This document shows positions 40,848 through 50,365 of a DNA stretch of 64,000 bases, in pieces. This DNA comes from Gemmatimonadales bacterium (GTDB taxonomy: Bacteria > Gemmatimonadota > Gemmatimonadetes > Gemmatimonadales > Gemmatimonadaceae), in assembly GCA_038234895.1 (NCBI GenBank), contig JBBQSM010000003.1, forward strand, positions 9,542-73,541, given 5' to 3'. The position numbers were made by a program, and so were the translations under genes. How positions within the stretch are numbered: the first letter of the stretch is position 1; every line of letters starts with the position of its first letter. The notes below the pieces were generated by a model. The model did no database searches. It was not told where the DNA came from and saw only the letters and a program-made list of their open reading frames with translations.

Positions 40848-43289
40848 TCACCCCACCACGATGTTGAGCAGCCGCTTGGGCACGAAGATCACCTTCTTGA
40901 TCTCACCGACGAGGAACTTGGCGATGTTCGCGTCGGCCAGTGCGGCGGCCACGGCGGCGTCCTGCATGATGTGGGCCGGCACGGAGAGCTTACCGCGCAC
41001 TTTCCCGTTGACCTGCACGACCAGTTCCACGGTGTCGTCTACGAGCATCGCCGGATCGAACGCGGGCCATCCGGCATCGAACACGCTCGCGTTATGCCCG
41101 AGCGTGCTCCAGCACTCTTCGGCGAGATGCGGCGCATACGCGGCAGCGAGTTGCACGAGCGGCAGCACTTCGTCGCGATGCGCTGCGCGTTCACCGCGGC
41201 GCACGGCGTTGAGATACTCCATCATCGCGGCAATCGCCGTGTTGTAGCTCAGACGCGCCGTGTCTTCACCGACCTTTTTGATCGTGCGATGCAGCTTGCG
41301 CAGCACATCCGCGTCGGCGGCGCCGTCGGCCGTGCAGTCGCGCACCGAACTCCACAACCGGTCCAGAAAACGACGCACCCCGCTGATGCCGGCGTCGCGG
41401 AAATCGCCGCCTTCTTCGTACGGTCCAAGGAACATGAGGTACATGCGGAACGCGTCGGCGCCCCACTCCTCCATGTACACGTCGGGATTGATGACGTTGC
41501 CCTTCGACTTGGACATCTTGGCGCCTTCACGGATGATCATGCCGTGCGCGCGGAACTTCGTGAACGGTTCCTCGAAGTCGAGATGTCCTGCGTCGTGCAA
41601 CACCATCGTCACAAAACGCGAGTAGAGCAGATGCAGTACGGCGTGCTCGTTGCCGCCGATGTACGAATTGACCGGTAACCATGCCTTGGTGCGCGTGGCG
41701 TCGAAGGGCACATCGCCACGCGTGGCGCTTGGATAACGCAGGAAGTACCACGAGCTGTCGAGAAACGTGTCCGATACGTCGGTCTCGCGTCGCGCCTGTG
41801 CACCGCAGGTGGGACAGGCGACGTGGTACCACGCGGCATCGCGTGCGAGTGGCGACACGCCCGAGTCGTCCGGCTTGAAGTCTTCGAGGAATGGCAACTC
41901 GACGGGCAACTGTGATTCGGGCACCGGTACCGTACCGCATTCATCGCAGTAGATGATCGGAATGGGTGGGCCCCAGTAACGCTGGCGCGAGATGCACCAG
42001 TCGTGCAGACGATAGTTCACCACGGCCTTGCCATGCCCGCCCTCGGCGAGCCACGACGTCACCTTACCCTTGGCGTCGCTCACGGCCAACCCGTCGAATT
42101 GCGCCGAGTTCACAAGGCGTCCACCGGTATCGTCGGTGAAGGCGCTGTCGCCGAGTGGCGTGTCGGCCTGATCGTCCGGTCCGGCTACGACGCGCACGAT
42201 GGGCAGGTTGAACACGTGGGCGAATTCGAAGTCGCGCTCGTCGTGTCCCGGGACGGCCATGATCGCGCCGGTGCCGTACTCCATGAGCACGTAGTCGGCG
42301 ATCCAGATCGGGATGGGCGCGCCGGTGGCCGGGTTGATCGCGTGTGCGCCGGTGAAGACGCCGGTCTTGTCCTTGACCGACTTGCGCGTGATCAGGTCCT
42401 GCTTCTTGGTGGCGTCCTGATAGGCACGTACAGCGTCGATCTGGGTGGCGGTGGTGACCGCGCCCACGAGCGGATGTTCGGGGGCGAGCACCAGATACGT
42501 CGCGCCATAAATCGTGTCGGCACGCGTGGTGAAGACGCGCACGTGATCGGCGTGTCCGTCGATCGCGAACGAGAGCTCCGCCCCTTCGGAGCGGCCGAGC
42601 CAGTTGCGCTGCGCGTGCTTCGTAATGTCCGACCAGTCGAGCGTGTCGAGATTGTTCAGCAACCGTTCGGCGTACTGACTGATGCGAAAAAACCACTGCT
42701 CGAGGAATCGCTGTTCGACCGCTGAGCCGCACCGTTCGCAGAAACCGTTCTCGACCTGTTCGTTGGCGAGGACCGTCTTGTCGGTCGGGCACCAGTTGAC
42801 GGCGCCGGCCTTCTTGTAAGCGAGTCCCTGTTTGTACAGCTGCAGGAAGACCCACTGCGTCCATTTGTAGTAGTCGGCGCGGCTGGTATCGACCTTGTAG
42901 CGCCAATCGATCATGAGGCCGGCGCGCTCAAGCTGTCGCTGGAAGTTCGCGACGTTGCGCGGCGTCATCTCCATCGGGTGCGCGCCCATTTTCAGCGCGT
43001 AGTTCTCCGAGTGGATGCCAAACGCGTCATAGCCAAGCGGCTGAAAGACCTGATGGCCCTGCAGGCGGTGAAAGCGCGCGGAGATATCGCTGCCGGTGAA
43101 GGCGAAGAGATTCCCGACGTGCAGCCCTTCGGCCGACGGATACGGGAACATCATGAGCGAATAGAACGGTCGCGTCGCGTTGTCGAGATCGACGGCGTTG
43201 GTGCCGCGTTCGGCCCAGCGCTGCTGCCAGCGGGGCTCGACGGTGGACGGCTCGTACGGGGCGGGAATGGTGGGGTCGGCGTGCGTCAT
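40848..43289 (-). CDS. leuS: Leucine--tRNA ligase
   Basis: MFPYPSAEGLHVGN; DAFG; TVLANEQV; YGTGAIMAVPGHDERD; DWCISRQRYWG; KMSKS; VQVNGKVRG. Confidence 0.97.
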   Translation of the reverse strand: MTHADPTIPAPYEPSTVEPRWQQRWAERGTNAVDLDNATRPFYSLMMFPYPSAEGLHVGNLFAFTGSDISARFHRLQGHQVFQPLGYDAFGIHSENYALKMGAHPMEMTPRNVANFQRQLERAGLMIDWRYKVDTSRADYYKWTQWVFLQLYKQGLAYKKAGAVNWCPTDKTVLANEQVENGFCERCGSAVEQRFLEQWFFRISQYAERLLNNLDTLDWSDITKHAQRNWLGRSEGAELSFAIDGHADHVRVFTTRADTIYGATYLVLAPEHPLVGAVTTATQIDAVRAYQDATKKQDLITRKSVKDKTGVFTGAHAINPATGAPIPIWIADYVLMEYGTGAIMAVPGHDERDFEFAHVFNLPIVRVVAGPDDQADTPLGDSAFTDDTGGRLVNSAQFDGLAVSDAKGKVTSWLAEGGHGKAVVNYRLHDWCISRQRYWGPPIPIIYCDECGTVPVPESQLPVELPFLEDFKPDDSGVSPLARDAAWYHVACPTCGAQARRETDVSDTFLDSSWYFLRYPSATRGDVPFDATRTKAWLPVNSYIGGNEHAVLHLLYSRFVTMVLHDAGHLDFEEPFTKFRAHGMIIREGAKMSKSKGNVINPDVYMEEWGADAFRMYLMFLGPYEEGGDFRDAGISGVRRFLDRLWSSVRDCTADGAADADVLRKLHRTIKKVGEDTARLSYNTAIAAMMEYLNAVRRGERAAHRDEVLPLVQLAAAYAPHLAEECWSTLGHNASVFDAGWPAFDPAMLVDDTVELVVQVNGKVRGKLSVPAHIMQDAAVAAALADANIAKFLVGEIKKVIFVPKRLLNIVVG

Positions 43290-43301
43290 TCGCGTAAGAT
43301 A
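43290..43301 (-). promoter_or_regulatory. Putative -10 box of leaderless leuS promoter (TATCTT-N6-ATG)
   Basis: Minus strand reads TATCTTacgcgaATG, no SD. Confidence 0.55.
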
Positions 43302-43653
43302 GCGGCGCGAGGGATCGCGAACGGAGGGATCGCGAACGGAGGGATCGCGAACGGCGGGATCGCGAACGGCGGGATCGCGAACGAGCGCGCGCTGCGCCGC
43401 ATGGGGAACCCGGTGTACGACCGGTGACGTCGCGAGGTGGCCACCGTCGACACGGGTGGTTTGTTCGGGTCCGGCGCACGACCACTGCCCCTGCGCCTGC
43501 GCCTCCGCCTCAAAAACAGCCGATCCCGCGTCGTCGCAGGGAGCCCATCGCCGGTGCCGAGCCCATTCGCGGCGAAGCTCGCGCCCTTCGCGATCCCGCC
43601 GTTCGCGATCCCGCCCTTCGCGATCCCGCCCGTTCGCGATCCCGCCGTCGACC
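43302..43653. repeat. GGATCGCGAA fold-back element, copy D
   Basis: Five tandem 15-mers GGGATCGCGAACG(GA/GC/AG) at 43311-43385; four inverted TTCGCGATCCC units at 43587-43643; GGAACC at 43405; GCCGAGCCCATTCGCGGC at 43556; bounded by TA|G..C|TA. Confidence 0.9.
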
Positions 43654-44723
43654 TACCGCGCCCGCGGCCGTTCTGACGCCTTGAACAGGTACGCGCTCGG
43701 CTCCGTTCGCGCTCCCTTCTCGTCGCACACCGCGAACCGACTCCCCTCGTAGCAGGACACGCCGGCATAGCGACCGTCCTTGGTCACCGCATAAAAGTCC
43801 AGATCGAAGTACGGCCGACCGTTCCCGCCCAACAGGCGATCCTCCGTCATCGCGATGACCCGCTCGACCACCTTGAGCAACGCCTGCTCGGGCGCCAGCC
43901 CCTGCCGCATGAACTCCACCGCCAGGAACGCGCCGCACACCTTGATGTTCGCCTCGCCGCGCCCCGTGCTCCCCGCGGCACCCACGGTGTTGTCGCAGTA
44001 CTGCCCCGCCCCGATGATCGGGCTGTCGCCCACGCGCCCCGGGATCTTCCACGCCATGCCGCTCGTCGTCGTCACCGAGGCAACGTCACCGCCCGCCGTG
44101 ACCGCGTTCATGTTGATCGTGCCCGTCGTGAACTTGATCTTGATGTCGTCGTCGTGATCGAGCCACGCGTCGCCGCGATTCAGCCGCGACTTCCAGCGCA
44201 TCCAGTCCTGCCGCGTCTTTTCCGTGAGCAGATTCTGTGCCTTGAACCCCATCGCCAACGCAAACTGCTTCGCCCCCGGACCCGTCAGCATGACATGGTC
44301 CGTGTAGTCCATGACAGCCTTCGCCACCAGACTCGGCGTGGCGATGTCCTCGATACAGCTCACCGATCCGGCCCGGCGCGTCGGACCATGCATGCACGAC
44401 GCATCGAGCTGCACCACCCCGTCCTCGTTCGGCAGCCCGCCCAACCCAACGCTCTGATCGTTCGGGTCCAGCTCCTGAATGTTCACGCCGGCAATCGCGG
44501 CATCGAGGGGGTCCGCCCCGCCAACGATCTGGTCGTACGCGACCTTCACGCCGCGAATCCCATTCGCCGACGCGATCACGATCGGCCGCGCCCGCGTACC
44601 CACTGCCAGCCCGGACAACGCCGGCATGCCTTGCGCCGACTGTGGGGTATCAACGCGCGGCAGGAACCCGGCCGCCGCGAGGGCGGCCGAACGCTCAAGG
44701 AAATCACGGCGGGACAGAGACAC
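43653..44723 (-). CDS. Tat-exported Ntn-hydrolase of asparaginase-2 family (glycosylasparaginase/isoaspartyl peptidase)
   Basis: SRRDFL twin-arginine signal; SVGLGGLPNEDGVVQLDASCM; G|TI autocleavage site; GRVGDSPIIGAG; STGRGE; GTG start with GGAG. Confidence 0.9.
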   Translation of the reverse strand: MSLSRRDFLERSAALAAAGFLPRVDTPQSAQGMPALSGLAVGTRARPIVIASANGIRGVKVAYDQIVGGADPLDAAIAGVNIQELDPNDQSVGLGGLPNEDGVVQLDASCMHGPTRRAGSVSCIEDIATPSLVAKAVMDYTDHVMLTGPGAKQFALAMGFKAQNLLTEKTRQDWMRWKSRLNRGDAWLDHDDDIKIKFTTGTINMNAVTAGGDVASVTTTSGMAWKIPGRVGDSPIIGAGQYCDNTVGAAGSTGRGEANIKVCGAFLAVEFMRQGLAPEQALLKVVERVIAMTEDRLLGGNGRPYFDLDFYAVTKDGRYAGVSCYEGSRFAVCDEKGARTEPSAYLFKASERPRAR

Positions 44724-44957
44724 AGCAACACTCCGGGTAGGACGTCGGTCGCACGGCGCGAAACGGAACGGCGGAATCGACTCTCCGGGCGCGGAGTTAC
44801 CAGCGGCCGGCCGCAGCCGCCTTTCCGCACGCGCTCCCGCCACGATACCAACGGACGCTATCACCGCAACGCCCCCGTAGCGAGAGCACGGTTCATCCCC
44901 CCACCTTTTCTTCCCACCCGGATGCGACACCGCCGGGTTCCCACCACCGGTCCCCCC

Positions 44958-46832
44958 ATGACAACACCCGCAGAAATCGCCGACGCGTTGCGCGCCACGG
45001 CGTTCCTCAACGGTTTTAACGACTCGCACATCTGGAAGCTCGCGCGACACGTCACCCCGCACGAACTCACGATCGACGACACCATTTTTCACGAAGGCGA
45101 GGAACGCGCCCGTTTCGCGATTCTGATCACCGGATCGGTCGCCATCGAAAAGTCGTCCGAAGGCCGCAGCGTGCGCCTCGTGACGCTGGGCGCCGGAGAC
45201 GCGGTCGGCGAAGGTCTGCTGCTCGACGACACGAAGCACGGCACGACGGCCCGCGTCATCATGCCCGGCCTCGCCATGCTCATGACGCGCCTGCAACTCG
45301 ACGATGTCACGCGCGAATCGCCGCAACTTTACGCCGCCCTTGTGGCCCGCGCCGCCCGCACCATCTCCGACCGGCTGCGCAGCGCCGATGCCACTTTGGT
45401 GGGACGCGGACGCACCCTCGGTTTCGGTGGACATCGCGCGCGGCAGGAGAAAGACCTGCTCGGCACCCGAGACGTGCCGTACGACGCGCTGTATGGGGTG
45501 CAAACCATGCGCGCGCTGGAGAATTTCCCGATCACCGGCACGCCGCTGCGCGAGTTCCCGCTGCTCATCGAAGCCCTGGCCGCAGTCAAGGAAGCGGCCA
45601 CGCTGGCCAATCTCGAACTCGGCCTGCTCGAGCCCGACATTGCCGACGCCATCGTCCGCGCCTCTCGTGAAATCCGCGCCGGACGACACCATGAACATTT
45701 TCTCGTGGACGTCATTCAGGGCGGTGCCGGTACGTCGACCAACATGAATGCGAACGAAGTCATCGCCAACCGCGCCCTTGAGTTGATCAACAAGGCGCGT
45801 GGCGACTACGAACACATCTCGCCGAACAGCCACGTCAATCTCAGTCAGTCCACCAACGACGTGTATCCGACCGCCGTGCGCGTCGCGCTCCATCAGAGTC
45901 TGGGCATCTTCCGCGCCGAACTCGCGCGACTTGCCGAGGCCTTCGGCGACAAGGGCGTGGAGTTCGCATCCATGCTGAAAATGGGACGCACCCAGATGCA
46001 GGACGCCGTGCCCATGACGCTGGGTCAGGAGTTCACCGCGTATGCAAACACGCTGCGCGAAGACGTGGAACGATTGGCCGAAGCCCAGTCGCTCATTCGC
46101 GAGATCAATCTGGGCGCCACGGCGATCGGTACCGGCATCAACGCGCCGCCGGGATATGCCGCGCTCGCCGCGACCAAGCTGGCCGACATCTGTGGCGTGC
46201 CCGTGATCACCGCCCCCGATCTGGTTGAGGCGACCAGCGACACGGGTGCCTTTGTGCAAGTCTCCGGTATTCTTAAACGGACCGCGACCAAGCTCTCCAA
46301 AATCTGCAACGACCTGCGCCTGCTGTCGTCGGGACCGCGCTGCGGCTTCGGTGAGATCAACCTGCCGCCCATGCAACCCGGCTCGTCGATCATGCCCGGT
46401 AAGGTGAACCCCGTCATTCCGGAAGTCGTGAATCAGGTATGCTTCGAAGTCATCGGCGGCGATGTCACCGTGACCATGGCGGCGGAGGCAGGACAGTTGC
46501 AACTCAACGCGTTCGAGCCGGTCATCGCGTATCGACTGCTGCACGGTATCGACATGATGCGCAATGCCTGTTTGGTGTTGCGCGAGCGCTGCGTGACGGG
46601 AATCACGGCGAACGAGGATCGTATGCGCATGTTCGTAGAGCAGTCCATCGGCATCGTGACGGCGCTCGTGCCGGTAATCGGCTACGAGACGGCCACCGAT
46701 ATCGCGCGCACCGCGCTCGAATCCGGTCGTGGCGTCTTTGATCTGGTGCTGGAACGCGAACTCCTCACGCGCGCACAACTACTCGAGATCCTTAATCCCG
46801 CGGCGATGACTGCGCCGCGCACGGTCAGCTGA
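44958..46832 (+). CDS. aspA: Aspartate ammonia-lyase with N-terminal cNMP-binding (CRP-like) domain
   Basis: IFHEGE..ITGSVAI..LGAGDAVGE cNMP fold; YGVQTMRALENF; QGGAGTSTNMNANEVIANRA; KMGRTQMQDA; GSSIMPGKVNP. Confidence 0.92.
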   Translation: MTTPAEIADALRATAFLNGFNDSHIWKLARHVTPHELTIDDTIFHEGEERARFAILITGSVAIEKSSEGRSVRLVTLGAGDAVGEGLLLDDTKHGTTARVIMPGLAMLMTRLQLDDVTRESPQLYAALVARAARTISDRLRSADATLVGRGRTLGFGGHRARQEKDLLGTRDVPYDALYGVQTMRALENFPITGTPLREFPLLIEALAAVKEAATLANLELGLLEPDIADAIVRASREIRAGRHHEHFLVDVIQGGAGTSTNMNANEVIANRALELINKARGDYEHISPNSHVNLSQSTNDVYPTAVRVALHQSLGIFRAELARLAEAFGDKGVEFASMLKMGRTQMQDAVPMTLGQEFTAYANTLREDVERLAEAQSLIREINLGATAIGTGINAPPGYAALAATKLADICGVPVITAPDLVEATSDTGAFVQVSGILKRTATKLSKICNDLRLLSSGPRCGFGEINLPPMQPGSSIMPGKVNPVIPEVVNQVCFEVIGGDVTVTMAAEAGQLQLNAFEPVIAYRLLHGIDMMRNACLVLRERCVTGITANEDRMRMFVEQSIGIVTALVPVIGYETATDIARTALESGRGVFDLVLERELLTRAQLLEILNPAAMTAPRTVS

Positions 46833-46840
46833 TCTACTAT

Positions 46841-49800
46841 ATGGGCACACGCGGCAACGTTCGCATCGTCGGCGTGGGCGGACGGCTATTGGCTGGTCTG
46901 GCCCTCTTTGTGGGCGCTGCTGCGTGTAGTGATGACAAAGGCGGACCTCAGGCGGCTGCAAGCATGAGCGTTGCACCCGCCGACCTATCGCTCACCGGCG
47001 CGGACGCGGTCGCGCTGCTGAATGCGGTCGTGCGCGATGCAGGCGGCACGATTCTCACCGGTGCGCCAGTGTCGTGGAGCAGCGATGCGCCATCGGTCGC
47101 GAGTGTGGTGGCGAACGGAACGAACGGCGCCGCCACCGTCACCTCGCACGACGCCGGCGCCACCGTTGTACGCGCCCGATCCGGCGCCGTGTCCGCGACG
47201 GTCAACGTGCAGGTGCTCGGCGTGCGCTCCACTGTCATCACGCCCGCGGTCGCCGCGTTGCGTATCGGCACCACACAGACGCTCACCGCCACCGTCGACG
47301 CAGACGCAGGCGTCTCGCGCGCCGTGACGTGGGCCAGCAGCAACGTCGCAATCGCCACCGTGAGCACGAGCGGCGAGGTAACCGGCACGGGCGTTGGCAG
47401 TGCGCTTATTCGAGCCACACCGGTCGCCGATCCACGCCGCGGTGCAAGCGCCACGGTGAACGTCGGCGCGCAGCGCACCGTGACCGTCACGCCGGCTAGC
47501 GTCACCCTCGTTGCCGGACAGCAACTGGCACTGACGGCGGCCGTCACCATTGAACCGGGACTGAGCACGGCGGTTGTGTGGCGCACCGCGGCCGGTGCGA
47601 TCGCCACCGTCAGCGCGCAGGGTGTCGTCAACGCCATCGCCAACGGTACGACGACGATCACCGCCGTGTCGGTGGTCGATTCCGTCGCACGCGCCGTTGT
47701 GGCCATCACGGTGCTGCCCAGTGTGCGCACCGTGAGCGTGGCGCCGTCGACCACGACGCTGTTTTTGGGCGCATCACAGCAACTGTTGGCCACCGTGGTG
47801 GTGGATGGTGCACTCTCCACCGGCGTCGAATGGCGGAGCAGTCAGCCCGCCATTGCGATTGTCAGCAGCAGCGGCACGGTCACCGGCGTGTCGGTTGGCA
47901 GTGCCACGATTGTCGTCGTGTCGATGGCCGATTCCACAAAGCGCGCCAGCGTCAGCGTGCGCGTGGAATCGCGCCCGACCACGATCGCCATCGCGCAGCG
48001 AAGTGTAGCGCTGAACCCTGGCACGCAGACGATGCTCACGGCCACCGTGCTCGCCAATCCCGGCATCCCCACGGGAGTCAGCTGGACATCGTCGGCACTC
48101 GGGGTCGCGACGGTGGACGCGAGTGGTGTCGCGCGCGCGTTCGCCGTAGGGCAGAGCGTCTTAACCGCGACGTCGCGGGCGGATACCAGTCAGCGGGACA
48201 CGGTCACGCTGCACGTCGTCCCCGCACTCTCCCCGGACTGGACGCCGGGGCGACTCAGCGGACAGCTCTTCGAAGATGTCGTGAGCACGGTGGCATTCAG
48301 CAGCACAAGTGCCTTTGCCGTCAACTCTCAGGGCGACATTTTTTCGTACGACGGCTCCAGCTGGACCGCCGTGGTGCGCGGTGCGACGTACGGGACACGC
48401 TTTACCGCACTGCACGGTACCTCCGCGAACCACGTCGTCGCGGTGGGCACGAATGGGGTCATTCTGCAGTGGAACGGCACGCAATGGATCCCGATGACAT
48501 CCGGCACGACGCGCACGCTCACCGCCGTCTATGTGGAATCGCCGTCGGTCGCGTTTGCCGTTGGGGTGGAAGGCACGGCGCTGCGACTGTCCGGCAACAC
48601 CTGGGTGGTCACCGCGACGTCGTCTGCGGCCGATCTGTATGGCGTTTGGTCGTTGGGCGGCACGACCGTGGCCGTCGGTGCGGCCGGTACCGCGTTGCAA
48701 TTCAACGGCAACGGGTGGAATGCACTGCAACTGCCCACCTCCGAAACACTGAATGCAATCAGCGGCACGGCACCAGACGACATCTACGTGGTCGGCTCGC
48801 TGACAACCGTGCTGCATTTCGACGGTAGCGGATGGTCGGTGATCGGCAGCAACGGTATCAGCGGCGACCTCTGGGCGATCCGTCGGTCCACCATTGGCAC
48901 CGGCCGCATGCTCATCGCAGCTGACGCCGGACTGCTGCAACTCGAACGTGGCACACTGACGCGCACTCCCACGCCGTACACGGCGCGACTGTACGACGTG
49001 AGCGTGGATTCCAGTGGCGCGATCTGGGCGGTGGGCGAGCGCGGACTCGTCTACCGCAGCGCGCCCGCGGGCGGCGCGCTGCAGACGCTCAATCTGGCCC
49101 CCGATCTGCTCGACGTCTGGAGCACCGCCGGCAACAACGCGTGGGCGGTGGGCGAGTTCGGCTTCATTTACCGGTGGACTGGCACTTCGTGGACCCGCCA
49201 GCCCGCGCCGACCACCTCCGCCTTGAACAGCGTCTGGGCAGCGGGGAGCAACGACGCGTTTGCCGGCGGGGATCAGGCCACCATGCTGCGCTGGAACGGG
49301 GCCGCTTGGAGCGCCATGTCGCTTCCCTCAACCGCGAATGTGTCCGCGATCTGGGGATCGAACACCAGCAACGTGTACGCCACCACGGACGCCGGCGAGA
49401 TCCTGCGTTTCGACGGCAGCACGTGGCGCGTAGTGGCCACCGCGCCGTCGCCGCTCTTCTCCATCTTTGGCGCCGCCGCGAACGCCATCGTCGCCGGCGG
49501 AGAGAGTGGCGCGATGCTCTACTTCGACGGAGTGAGCTGGCAAACGTTTGCGCCACCCGCCAACGGTGTCGTCGCCGGCGTGTGGCTCACCGGACCCACC
49601 GACCTGCTGGCCGTCGGTGCCGATGGTATGGGGAATGTAGGCCTCGCGTATCGATTCACCGATGCGAACTGGCAGCCCCTCGCCGTCTCGTCGAGCGCCG
49701 TGTTTTCGTCGGTATGGGGGCCAAGTCTCACGGATCTGTACGTAACCGGCGATGGAGGTACGCTGCTGCGCTTCACCGGCAGTAACTGGCTACCGATCGT

Positions 49801-50125
49801 CACCGGAGTGTCCGAGCTGCTCTGGAGCGTGTCCGCCCCGCCGACGGCAACCGGCAGCGCGTTCGCGGTCGGGTACAACGCCATCATCCTGACGAACAGC
49901 AACGCCACCGGTTCGCTGCGAGCCATCACCACGGCCCCTCGGCGTGGCACGCTCGATCCGGCCCGCGGCGCGGTGCGCGCCCGACGCTCTGGCGTTTCGC
50001 AGGTCGGCACCGCTCGCGCCATCGCCATGCGGTTGGCCGGCGCCCGCGCCAGCCAGCCGCGCGCTCCCCGAACGGGCACGGCGCGCGGTACGATGCGCGG
50101 CGGCGTCCGCGGCTCGGCACGCTAA
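46841..50125 (+). CDS. Surface lipoprotein: 5 Big_2 Ig-like domains + 14-blade beta-propeller region
   Basis: AAAC lipobox; five VxWxS..(V/I)ATV..G.V repeats; 14 repeats of LxxVW..AVG..G.(I/L)L..(D/N)G..W. Confidence 0.88.
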   Translation: MGTRGNVRIVGVGGRLLAGLALFVGAAACSDDKGGPQAAASMSVAPADLSLTGADAVALLNAVVRDAGGTILTGAPVSWSSDAPSVASVVANGTNGAATVTSHDAGATVVRARSGAVSATVNVQVLGVRSTVITPAVAALRIGTTQTLTATVDADAGVSRAVTWASSNVAIATVSTSGEVTGTGVGSALIRATPVADPRRGASATVNVGAQRTVTVTPASVTLVAGQQLALTAAVTIEPGLSTAVVWRTAAGAIATVSAQGVVNAIANGTTTITAVSVVDSVARAVVAITVLPSVRTVSVAPSTTTLFLGASQQLLATVVVDGALSTGVEWRSSQPAIAIVSSSGTVTGVSVGSATIVVVSMADSTKRASVSVRVESRPTTIAIAQRSVALNPGTQTMLTATVLANPGIPTGVSWTSSALGVATVDASGVARAFAVGQSVLTATSRADTSQRDTVTLHVVPALSPDWTPGRLSGQLFEDVVSTVAFSSTSAFAVNSQGDIFSYDGSSWTAVVRGATYGTRFTALHGTSANHVVAVGTNGVILQWNGTQWIPMTSGTTRTLTAVYVESPSVAFAVGVEGTALRLSGNTWVVTATSSAADLYGVWSLGGTTVAVGAAGTALQFNGNGWNALQLPTSETLNAISGTAPDDIYVVGSLTTVLHFDGSGWSVIGSNGISGDLWAIRRSTIGTGRMLIAADAGLLQLERGTLTRTPTPYTARLYDVSVDSSGAIWAVGERGLVYRSAPAGGALQTLNLAPDLLDVWSTAGNNAWAVGEFGFIYRWTGTSWTRQPAPTTSALNSVWAAGSNDAFAGGDQATMLRWNGAAWSAMSLPSTANVSAIWGSNTSNVYATTDAGEILRFDGSTWRVVATAPSPLFSIFGAAANAIVAGGESGAMLYFDGVSWQTFAPPANGVVAGVWLTGPTDLLAVGADGMGNVGLAYRFTDANWQPLAVSSSAVFSSVWGPSLTDLYVTGDGGTLLRFTGSNWLPIVTGVSELLWSVSAPPTATGSAFAVGYNAIILTNSNATGSLRAITTAPRRGTLDPARGAVRARRSGVSQVGTARAIAMRLAGARASQPRAPRTGTARGTMRGGVRGSAR

Positions 50126-50365
50126 GACCGTTCCGGCTGTCACGCTACCGGCACCCGTTCCCGCATTGAAACAGAGCGTGCCCGTCGGTGAACGGGTCTG
50201 CGTCACGCTCACCCGTCCTCTCTGCGAAGGGCCGCCACCGAAATCGGCGCGCCCCCACACGACGGTGCGCACGCCGGAGGTTCCGGGCGATCGCCGCCGT
50301 CGATGTGCGTTCCGTTTCGCATCAGACTGCAGGTCGCCGCGCCGCGGTGGTCGCTCAGAGGCATC

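Noticed and set aside
39577-41247. 556-aa plus-strand ORF and similar long shadow ORFs (21551-23200, 24948-26435, 26552-27889, 29286-30644)
   Set aside because: They are antisense to well-supported genes, Arg/Ser/His-rich and have no recognisable motifs.
43311-43643. CRISPR array or a GIANG/FAIPP repeat peptide in the GGATCGCGAA arrays
   Set aside because: Units are directly tandem and inverted between arms, with no spacers or cas genes. The frames lack consistent starts, and unit lengths of 14, 16 and 25 nt in some arrays break frame.
43653-46778. 1041-aa minus-strand ORF
   Set aside because: Only the last 356 aa (from the Tat signal, GTG 44723) are asparaginase; the rest is the stop-poor antisense shadow of aspA typical of high-GC DNA.
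50126-50365. Riboswitch or ncRNA between the giant lipoprotein genes
   Set aside because: No recognisable aptamer consensus or terminator by eye.
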